Shown: positions 18,379 through 27,035 of the stretch, one piece after another
How positions within the stretch are numbered: the stretch's first letter is position 1
How the letters are laid out: the number at the start of each line of letters is the position of its first letter
Assembly (NCBI GenBank): GCA_001275005.1
Contig: JWZX01002700.1
Location: 1 to 33,658, forward strand
Reading direction: 5' to 3'
DNA: 33,658 nt
Origin: Chrysochromulina tobinii
Taxonomy: Eukaryota
Translations under genes and position numbers: made by a program
The notes under the pieces: model-generated
Database searches by the model: none
What the model saw: the letters and a program-made list of their open reading frames with translations, nothing else
Told to the model about the DNA's origin: nothing

Positions 18379-20474
18379 TCAAAGTTGTTGCGAAATGTTA
18401 CGATGATGGATGTCATATCCCTTGCGCGCCAACCCTGCCGCATCATCGTCGATGTCGTCGTCGACTTTCGCCTTGACCTTCTTCAATGTGCTCTTCATTT
18501 GCGCATTCTGACTGTCTAGCTTTGATGCTTCAGCCGCTTTGCGCTCCTTGGACTCCGACGCCATGACGTTGCGTTGCCGCCCCGCCTCCTCGTCGGTGAT
18601 GTCGGTGTCCGTTGCCGCCTTGGCACTATTCAGTCCGTGCGCGAACTCGGCATTCTCTCGCGCGAGCCTCTCCGCCTCCTCTTGCTTTCGCTTACGCGAG
18701 GCTGCTGCAGCTTGGCGCCGCGCTTCGCCCAATGCCTCATCGGTGACGTCATCATCCGTCGCTGCCTTGACACTCTTGAGCCGCTTGTAGATCTCCAAGT
18801 TTGCCTGCGCAAGCGCCGCCGCCTCCGCCTTCCTGCGCTCCTTGGACTCGATCGCCATCTCTTTGCGTCGCACGGCCGAAGCTTCCGTGTCTAGCACGTT
18901 ATCCGTGACCGCCGTGACATTCCTTATGCGATGAGCCCTCTCGGCATTCTCGCGCGCTATCCGCTTTCGCTCAGCCTCTTTCCTCGCCTTGGAGTCGGCA
19001 GCAGCCTGGATGCGTGCCTCACCCGCCGCCTCGTCGGCGACGTCGTCGTCCGTGCGCTGCGTCACGGAGGCAATCTTCTTCAGGATCTCGGCATTCTCCG
19101 CGCCGATTTGGGAGTCCGCAAGGTCATCCATCGAGTACAGCTTCCGAAACTCGGAGCCATCGAACTTTACCGCCGCCTCGCGCTTCACAAAATGGGCCGA
19201 GAAGATCTTGTTCCGCACGCTCTGCCTGCTGGAGAGCGTCAGCCGCTCATTCTCTTCGATCTCAGCCTGGGTATCTCTCCTCAGCTGCGCAATCCGCCGT
19301 CGCCTCTGCTTCGTGAGCTGCTCCCTTGATTGCCCAGCTTCCTGCTTCATCTTTGCAACGCGCTCGCGCTTCTCCTTTTGCATGGCCATGAATTCCTCCC
19401 CTAACTGTGCCTTGCGCGACATTTCCCGCTCGGTGTCGGCCCGCAGTTGGGCGGCGTCCTTCGCCTTGCGACGGTGACTGAGCTGTAAGGCTTTGGTCAA
19501 CTTAGCATTCGTCGTCTGTTTCAGCAGCTCCGCAGCTTGGTGCCGCTCTTCGGTCGTCCGCTGCCGAAATTCTTGCACACTCTCGGCGAAAGCCAGCTTT
19601 TCCCTCACGTGCTCCTCCCGCAAAGCAGCCGCTGCAGCCTCTCCTGTACATCAAGCCGTGCATCCTTGCTGTCGTACCCGCCTTTGTCCTTCTCCACCTG
19701 CGCCCGGACAACGGCGTGGTGCTCCTCGCGAATCCGCTCAATTTTGTGCGCGTTGTCGATGCTCTCTTGTCGGACTTGACGTCCCTGCTCGAGGTTCCGA
19801 CGGATGAGCGCCCGCTGCACCCGATCGTTGACGCTGCGCATGCGTTCGCGCTTTTCCTGCGAGGCCTCGTACTGCTGGCGCGCCTTCTCTTGACGCACCT
19901 CGTCGCGCGTGCTACGATCTGCGTGCGCCTGCTCCACTGTGGCGCGATTTTCGAGTGACCTTTGGTATTTTGCGTACACGCCGGCGCTCACCGGCGACTC
20001 GCGAGCACTGCCAAGCAGGTCGACCGCGCCATTGCTCGCCGCTGAACGCGCCGTGCTCATGCCGAAGCCTTGTGATCTCGCCGAGTTGCAGGTGGAGCGC
20101 GCCGTCAGCGCGCCACCGGAGCGCGCCGTATGCGCGCCACCATCCTCAGGGTTCTGAGCGCGCACAATTCCACCCCGCGACGTGGCGTATGCCGCGCGTG
20201 TGAGTGACTGGGTGCGGATCTCGAAATTGGTGACTTTCTCAGGCAGTGCGCCATGCTCCTGCCCCCATAGGAGCGTGCCCATAAAGGTCAAATTGCTGAA
20301 GAACCACGTGCGCGTGGAGCTGAAGCTAATCGCCTGGAGCAAGCTACCGTTGTTCACGCGCTCGGGCTCGCGGCTTGTTAGCTGGCCGTCAGCGTTGACC
20401 ACCATCTTCGAATGCGATCCGGAAGCTGTACGGGCTGTTGCCGGCTCCGGATCTGTCGGTAGCGGGTCTTCCAT
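18379..20474 (-). CDS. Coiled-coil protein with ~4-5 tandem 49-aa repeats. Probably one gene split by a 1-bp frameshift near 19640. Start codon uncertain.
   Basis: ORFs 19605-20474 and 18379-19623 overlap and share E/R/K/Q/A-rich helical composition. Adding one G (CAG GAG [G]AG GCT GCA) gives DVQEEAAAAALREEHVREKL. The repeats begin TDDDVADEAAG, TDNVLDTEAS, TDDDVTDEALG, TDTDITDEEAG and VDDDIDDDAAG. Confidence 0.7.
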
Positions 20475-20834
20475 GGGGCAGTCCAGTCGGACTGCAGGCG
20501 TATGACTCTCGTCCGATTTATTGGTCCACGTTTTTGGGGTTGCGGAATTTTCGAAACGAATGCAAGAATTCTAAAATCAAACCAGGGACCCGGACATGCG
20601 GTTTTGGCCGCACGCTCCGCGCCTATGTAAGTCTGATGGGTTTGGTTATCGGTCAAACGTTTCGATGAACGTTTCTTTCGAAGAACTTCCCCTGACCAGG
20701 GAATTTCCCACAGTGTGGTTACTGACTGAACCTGTTACTGGACTAAACCTGACTTAATCCTGAAGGGGAACAAGGGGAATAACAAGGGAAACGTTAAGGG
20801 AACGACGATTTCGGTTTTCGCGCACTGAGCATAT

Positions 20835-21100
20835 ACATGCCCCGTGACACACGCTTGTCAACAGTCACTCTGCACACCGGCACCACCCTGCACCCTCACG
20901 CAGCGACCCGCACACTCCGCGCGCTCACGCTTCGCACCACCCTGACCGAAGCTGCACACGCACACTCCGCATACGCGCACCACCCGCAGCACCCGCACAC
21001 CCATAGCCATACACGCTGCACATGCACACTCCGGTCCGCTTACGCACCACCCGCACCACCCGCAGCACTCACTCAGAGCGCGTACGCATGCATCATTGAT
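20835..21100. repeat. CA-rich low-complexity tract (GCAC/CACCCGCA units), immediately 3' of the HET-domain gene
   Basis: Strong C/A skew with recurrent cgcac and cacccgca. Confidence 0.65.
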
Positions 21101-21104
21101 CACA

Positions 21105-23546
21105 CTATGCATGATGCAAGTCGCTGTCGTCGGCCTTGGAAGCGAAAAGGGAAGCGCGCGCAGAGCTGATCAACCCCTCGAAGACGCCAGCCGCTCGCAG
21201 ATCTTTCTCGTGGCACTTCTCTGTCTGCCCTGAGCCAAGCGTTTCGATCTCCACGGTGTAGAGCGCCTCCTCTGCATCCTCCTCTGCATCGTACGCGTTC
21301 ACATAGGCGAGAGTCTCCTCTCCGTTGCTGCGCTTCAGGTACACGCAGCTGCCGATGGCGTAGCGCTTCAGAATTAAGTCGGCCACCTTCTCCGAGACGG
21401 CAACACCAACAGTCTCAGGCTTCAACATAGGCGCATCAATCACATGCTCACTTGCTGGCGGTGACGCTTGCTTTCGAAACATCTCAATGACATGCCTATC
21501 GATCTCCAGGATCTTGGGCAACATGGTCTCCTTGTCCTTTGCATTGGTAACGATCACGTCCGGCTTCTTGAGGTGCTCGAACATTTCCTCGGGCGTCTTC
21601 TTGGACACCTTTTGAACGAGCCCCTCCTTATCATGCGTTTCGTCAGCCGTGTGGATACATTCAATCGTGTAGCGACTCTCAGCCTCCGTTGCGGGGCGGA
21701 GCCCATTGGACGTGACCGTCTGCATCGAGCACCATGCCTCCGTCAGCGGCCAGAATCTGGATGCGTACGACCCGTCGAGGAGAATGAGGACGCGCGCAGT
21801 CAGGTAAAGGTCGGCCATGGCGGCAAGCATCAGCTGGAACTCGGCCTTATCGTCGGGAGTCCGAGTGTCAACGCCATCCACTTTCTGGGGCATTGACGAG
21901 TAATCAAACCAGACCCACTTGATATCTGTGTGCGCTTCCAGATACGCCTTGATGGCCTTGAGTTGCTCGCCGTCGACATCAGGCTGGCTTTTGTCTTCCC
22001 ACCGATGGCTCACGAAGAGGATGTTCGCCATGATGCCACCGCCACAAAATGCGGGTTCGTGGAACGCGGATGCGAGGGGTATTCTTATCTTCGTTAGGTG
22101 GCCGTCCTTGCGCAGCGTCTGCATGCGAGGCAGCGACTTGGTGTCGCACTCGCGCACCCTTTCGGCGGGGATGAAGTAGAAGGAGGGTGCGTCGTCGTCC
22201 CACCCTTGGCTTTTGAGCTCTTTGATGGCCTGCTCCACCAGCTCCTTTTGGGCTTCGTCGGAGATACGCAGGCGTGATGCATACTTTTTGAGGAAGTCGA
22301 AGTTGCATGCCAAGACGAAAAGAAAGTACAGAGCAAATTTGCCATATAACAAGAACGGAGCACACTCGCCGTAGCAGGTCAAAGGCAGCTCGTACTTGTT
22401 CATCAGGTCCGTTCGGTCAAAGTAAGCGGCCGGGCGCGGTACAGAAAGTCGTTGCACAATGATGAGGAGGCGCATGAATGAGAAGAGTGTCAGTATCAGT
22501 GACGCGAGGCCCAGCACCATGGCAACGAGTATGTGTGGAGCGAGCAAGTGCTCATAGCCGTCGTCAGCGCTTGCACGGCCAGTGCCGAAAATGAAAAGTG
22601 AGATGAGAAACCAGGATGCAAAAATGAAGACGTTCACGTCAATTACGTCGCTCCCTAGGACTTGCACCATCGGCGCGTACTGCACGGCCTGGCACAGGTC
22701 CTCGTAAGTCACGTAGCCGCAATTGGGCACGGCAGGGCAGCTGGCATTGGCGGCAGATGCCTCGAACGCCGATACAAACGCAGCCTGGTCCTCACAAGCG
22801 ATGCCGTTGAGTGATAACTCAACGAAGACATTCAGCAGAGTCGCTTCAATTGGCACCCGCTGCATCGCCGTCAGAGCATAGGTGGCCACGCACGCCATTA
22901 TCATGGTGATGATGCCGACCCGCACTGCTTGCGAGAGGACGAATGACTTGTACTTCTCTTGGTATTTCTTGATGGAACGCAGCACAATCGTAAAAGAGTA
23001 GAATACGACAACAGCCCAGATATTGCCGAAGAACCAACCGAATACGTAAAAATCCAATTGCTCGCGAAAGTAAAACGCGAAGTATCCATAGATGGAGACG
23101 AGATACAAAGCAAACTCCAACGACATGGGCCACGTCCAGACGCGCTCGGTAAGGGCGTTTTGTTTACTGGCATCGTCAGAATCATTGACCTGGGCGAGGA
23201 GGAGCGATAAAAAGAGAGGAGGAGTTGAAGCGGCCCAGACTAGGATTCCAAGGGTCTGCCCTGCGGAGAGCTCTGTAAAGGACCCGGTCCAACCGGCGAC
23301 TTGATCACGTCGTGAGTATTGAGTGCCGGTGAACAATAAGAACATGGGCGCGGGCAGGGCCAGAAACAGGCGAAATAGTACGAAGGTCTGCCGGGTCTTG
23401 TCGGGCCACTTTCCAGAGGGCGTTCGACGTTTTGTCTCCTTGGCGGCAGGCATTCGCTCGGTTGCAGGAGGGACTGGGTCGATCGACGTGAGTGCGCTGG
23501 GAAGGACAGGGGCTTGGGCGCGGCGGGACATTTCGGAGCGAGCCAT
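21105..23546 (-). CDS. Multi-pass membrane protein (~8 TM) fused to a HET-like (heterokaryon incompatibility, TIR-related) domain and a C-terminal SH3/Tudor-like barrel, 813 aa
   Basis: About 8 hydrophobic segments lie at 22300-23390. HET-like motifs: ILFVSHRW...PDVDGEQL, WVWFDYSSMPQ, MLAAMADLY..ARVLIL, YASRFWPLTE. C-terminal barrel: IGSCVYLKRSNGEETLAYV...YTVEI...EKDLR. Confidence 0.85.
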   Translation of the reverse strand: MARSEMSRRAQAPVLPSALTSIDPVPPATERMPAAKETKRRTPSGKWPDKTRQTFVLFRLFLALPAPMFLLFTGTQYSRRDQVAGWTGSFTELSAGQTLGILVWAASTPPLFLSLLLAQVNDSDDASKQNALTERVWTWPMSLEFALYLVSIYGYFAFYFREQLDFYVFGWFFGNIWAVVVFYSFTIVLRSIKKYQEKYKSFVLSQAVRVGIITMIMACVATYALTAMQRVPIEATLLNVFVELSLNGIACEDQAAFVSAFEASAANASCPAVPNCGYVTYEDLCQAVQYAPMVQVLGSDVIDVNVFIFASWFLISLFIFGTGRASADDGYEHLLAPHILVAMVLGLASLILTLFSFMRLLIIVQRLSVPRPAAYFDRTDLMNKYELPLTCYGECAPFLLYGKFALYFLFVLACNFDFLKKYASRLRISDEAQKELVEQAIKELKSQGWDDDAPSFYFIPAERVRECDTKSLPRMQTLRKDGHLTKIRIPLASAFHEPAFCGGGIMANILFVSHRWEDKSQPDVDGEQLKAIKAYLEAHTDIKWVWFDYSSMPQKVDGVDTRTPDDKAEFQLMLAAMADLYLTARVLILLDGSYASRFWPLTEAWCSMQTVTSNGLRPATEAESRYTIECIHTADETHDKEGLVQKVSKKTPEEMFEHLKKPDVIVTNAKDKETMLPKILEIDRHVIEMFRKQASPPASEHVIDAPMLKPETVGVAVSEKVADLILKRYAIGSCVYLKRSNGEETLAYVNAYDAEEDAEEALYTVEIETLGSGQTEKCHEKDLRAAGVFEGLISSARASLFASKADDSDLHHA

Positions 23547-23637
23547 GCGACACTTTCATTATGGGCGTACTCGTACTTGTTAACAGTGAAACGAGACACA
23601 GAGAAGAATTGCAACCAAATCTCGGAAACTCAGGAGC

Positions 23638-23726
23638 TAAAGCGGTCAGAGTTAGAGCAACCGGTGCTCCGCGAGCCCACCCTCCCGAAGTGGTGGGGCA
23701 CGGCCGGCGCTCCCTCGATTCCAAGA
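23638..23726. repeat. 89-bp direct repeat, copy 1
   Basis: TAAAGCGGTCAGAG...CTCGATTCCAAGA, identical base for base to 26135-26223. Confidence 0.97.
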
Positions 23727-23964
23727 CAATAGAGGGCCGCCAAACGTCCAACGAGGTATCATATCGGCGCCCATCGCAAGCATCTCGAAACAGAGGCACA
23801 ATCTGAAGATGAGAAAAATGACAACGACCTTTCCACCCCATTACAAGTTCTCTCATTTGGCGCGCGACGAGCGCTCTCTTCGCGCGCTCGCGTCCGGCGC
23901 GAACCACTATCGCGGCTCGAGCCTTTTGCATATGCCGCCAATGCCGTTCTCGTCGCCCTCCTCG

Positions 23965-25959
23965 TCAGAGGATGCGGCCTCTCCGCCACAGCGCCAGTAC
24001 GGCGACGGCCCGCGGCGCGTGCTCGTGCCCGCGAACCGCCTCGCTGCCAATGCAGCCGCGACCATTGCCTCTAATGATGCGGCCCGGCGAGCCCGTGCGC
24101 TCTTCCCGATTAGCCTTAAGAAAGACGCGATACGCTCGGCAGTCGCGTGGCCTCGTCACGTTTCGGACCGTGATGACGTGCGTGTTGGAGCGGTGGTTGA
24201 CCATGCCGCACTGGAAGCACACACACGTCATGGGCTCCGCGATCGAGGTTGCGTACCTAGAGAGCTTTGCCCAGACAGAGGCCTCATTTGGAAGATGCGT
24301 GTCGACCCCGTGATTGTGAGCCTGAGCCGTGAGGTTGTTGAGCATCGTGAGGTGCTCGACAGCACGAGGCCGGGCGTTGTGGACGTGCTCCGCATTGCGC
24401 CGTCGCTCCGCCCAGTAGTTGCGCACGTCTCGGTCTCCTGAATTGAGGTTGCGCACGTTGGTGACGATGAGCCGGCGTTTTTGGTTGTAGAGGTCGACAG
24501 CTTCGACGGTGCTATGTGGATCTGGGAACGTGACACTGTCGTACGGCAGCAAGCTCGAGGACGAGGTCGCACCTTGGCCTTGAGCCCGTGCCGAGACGTC
24601 ACGCGACAGGCGCTCGCGCACTGTGCAGACTTCTGTGCCATCCTCGACCACGATGGTGAACGTCGTCGGCTGGACCGCCGGGCTCTCTTCGTGCCGAATC
24701 GGCAGTCCCTGCCGTGCGTCAGGCGTGGCCACGGGCGGCGGTGGTGGCGAAGGCACGTTGACGGTCTTGACACTGGCACGGGCGGTGCTCCCGTCGGCGC
24801 GATGATAGAGTACAGACTGGCCTTCAGTAGGAGCAGCTGCGGCCACAGCTTCCTCGAACGGCAATGGCGGGTTCAGGTCTGATGGAAGGAATGCGAAGCG
24901 CAGATCCTTGAACTTGATGCGCTCGGGCAGCCCGGGTGACGCTTTGGTTTGCATCCAGTTTTCGACGTGATTCATGATCTGGTGGAGCGTCATGGTTCGC
25001 CGAACGTCGGGCAGCATGAAGAGGTCGGACGCATCGAGATCGATCCATTCGTCACGCGCGGCATCGAAGAGCACGATGGAATCTGGGTCGAGCTGCAAGT
25101 CCCACGCTGCAGGGGCACGTGCGACGCCATTCAGCCAGTCCACCTGAGCATTTTCGGGCAGCGCGAGGTCCGCAGAGAGACGCGTCCATCGGCCGTAGTG
25201 AAGCTCGAGGAGCGGGCCAGCTTGGTTGGTGATTGACTTTGAGAAGCTTGCCCGTACGAGCCCACCCACGTCCTTTTGCAATCTGAGAATCCGATGTCTG
25301 CGTGCGCTGTGAGATCGATTGACGAGGGCAGGATGATGAGTCGACATCGGCAAGTCTCCCGCGTGCAGCTCCAGAAGTGCGACGTCTTCGGCACGCATCC
25401 ACGCACGTGTTTTGCCAGCGTTTGCCTCAGCAGCGCGATGCGCGTCGAGCGCCTTTATTGTTTCCGCTGACACGACCTTGCTCGTGGCCGACGTAGGCTG
25501 CTTTAGGCCGTCCTCGGAGAGCTGCACCGCCCGGTTGCCGCAGCGCCGCAGGACTCTGATGTCCGCGGCCGAGCGATGGGTGCTCGCCTGGCTCATGAGC
25601 AGCGCGATGATCGCCTGGGGGCAGTCTGGCGTCACTGGCATGAGCTCGAGCACCTTGCGGGCTCGTTTGTCACGCATGTTCATTGCTGAGAACTTGGCAG
25701 GCAAGAGCGTGCTCGTGAGGTTGGTCACGGATTCGTTGCGAGCGAGCGCGAGCCATCGGCGGCCGAGCACCTCGAGGTGCACCGCGGGCGAAGGGCTGTG
25801 CTTGAGCAGCACATCGACCACTTGCTGCACGATGGCTTTGGTGTCCACATCGATGGGACTCGGCGAGGGCTCGCACGCCATCGGTACGGGCGGCTGATTC
25901 GGAAGGGCACCGAGCGCATTGGCGAAGGATTCGAAGTCGGTGTGCTGGGTGGCGAGCAT
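23965..25959 (-). CDS. Hypothetical protein (~664 aa) with an SH3/Tudor-like barrel and a CxCxxC motif; possibly a truncated mobile-element ORF
   Basis: First ATG is at 25959 (MLATQHTDFESF). Barrel: EGQSVLYHRADGSTARASV...FTIVVEDGTEVCTVRERLS. Cys motif: EPMTCVCFQCG. The sequence looks non-protein-like after RAYRVF (~24120). Confidence 0.65.
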   Translation of the reverse strand: MLATQHTDFESFANALGALPNQPPVPMACEPSPSPIDVDTKAIVQQVVDVLLKHSPSPAVHLEVLGRRWLALARNESVTNLTSTLLPAKFSAMNMRDKRARKVLELMPVTPDCPQAIIALLMSQASTHRSAADIRVLRRCGNRAVQLSEDGLKQPTSATSKVVSAETIKALDAHRAAEANAGKTRAWMRAEDVALLELHAGDLPMSTHHPALVNRSHSARRHRILRLQKDVGGLVRASFSKSITNQAGPLLELHYGRWTRLSADLALPENAQVDWLNGVARAPAAWDLQLDPDSIVLFDAARDEWIDLDASDLFMLPDVRRTMTLHQIMNHVENWMQTKASPGLPERIKFKDLRFAFLPSDLNPPLPFEEAVAAAAPTEGQSVLYHRADGSTARASVKTVNVPSPPPPPVATPDARQGLPIRHEESPAVQPTTFTIVVEDGTEVCTVRERLSRDVSARAQGQGATSSSSLLPYDSVTFPDPHSTVEAVDLYNQKRRLIVTNVRNLNSGDRDVRNYWAERRRNAEHVHNARPRAVEHLTMLNNLTAQAHNHGVDTHLPNEASVWAKLSRYATSIAEPMTCVCFQCGMVNHRSNTHVITVRNVTRPRDCRAYRVFLKANREERTGSPGRIIRGNGRGCIGSEAVRGHEHAPRAVAVLALWRRGRIL

Positions 25960-26134
25960 CGCGACGAGGAGCAGGCGGACGGAGCGACAGCATGCAAAAT
26001 GCCTGCGAGTGCGCCAACGAAGACGTGCGAGACCCGGAGACGAGCGCTCAGAGTAAACGAATGGATTCTTTCCTTTTTTATCGACTAACAACGGCGGCCG
26101 CTCTGGAATTTGGTCACATACTAGCTAGCAGCTG

Positions 26135-26223
26135 TAAAGCGGTCAGAGTTAGAGCAACCGGTGCTCCGCGAGCCCACCCTCCCGAAGTGGTGGGGCACGG
26201 CCGGCGCTCCCTCGATTCCAAGA
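26135..26223. repeat. 89-bp direct repeat, copy 2
   Basis: Identical to 23638-23726. Confidence 0.97.
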
Positions 26224-27035
26224 TCCGTTGATTACGTTGATACATGTAGTCGACTAGTCGTCCTCCATGGAAAGTCGCATGTCGACTCAGGCTCAGGCGG
26301 GCGGGGGGCCAGGGACCGCGCACAGGCGGGCAGTGTGCCAAGGATGTTCGCGCGACATTATGAATTACGATTACGAATACACACACAAGTAAACAGCGAG
26401 GCAGTGAACAGGAATACATGTACCGAACCCCAAGAGCCAAGATTTCCCAAGATTTACAAGGACACATACACATTCACACAAACACATTAACACCATGGCG
26501 GGCACCGAGCTTGAAGCTCATGGTTAATCATGGCGGGTGCGGTAGTTGCTCCGCGATGTAGTATAGTAAATGTAGTATGGTACCGGTAGTTGCTCCGCGA
26601 TGCGCGATCGTGACTTAGATCGTGAGAAATCGTGAGTCGACGCTCCTGCTGGCTGCTGCTCTTCATTACCGGTAGGAAATCACACCTTACAAACCTTACG
26701 TAAACAGCTCTTCACAGAAACAGCTCGTCACGGCGCCACTATGGCTACATGCGGACCGACGGGGATATTCGACCGACCCATCCTGAGTATACCTGAGGCT
26801 GAGCGCTGAGGGCTGGGGTACCGGTACCATGCGGTACATACTGTTCGACCGAGACCCCTTCTCGTGTGTGAAATATCGCCGCACTTTCTCATTTGGTCTT
26901 TTTTTGTTGTCGGTGTGAATTCACGTATGTTCACGTATGTACGCCGGCCCTTTTCTTGGGTGTCGAGTATAAACATTGACTGTGAATTCACTCGAAAACC
27001 AGGATGGAGGCCCACTGTTCTGCAGCCAAGTGGCC

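Larger units (their letters stand above)
23638..26223 (-). mobile_element. Candidate inserted or mobile segment bounded by identical 89-bp direct repeats, carrying one long ORF
   Basis: Perfect direct repeats enclose 2408 bp. No transposase, RT or integrase motif was recognised. Confidence 0.4.

Noticed and set aside
23730..23967. TGA at 23965-23967 as selenocysteine or readthrough, since the frame stays open beyond it
   Set aside because: No redox-motif context or recognisable SECIS, and the flanking translation looks non-conserved.
23731..26104. Possible terminal inverted repeats inside the direct repeats (AGAGGGCCGCC vs GGCGGCCGCTCT)
   Set aside because: Only about 11 bp, gapped, GC-rich and asymmetrically placed, so compatible with chance.
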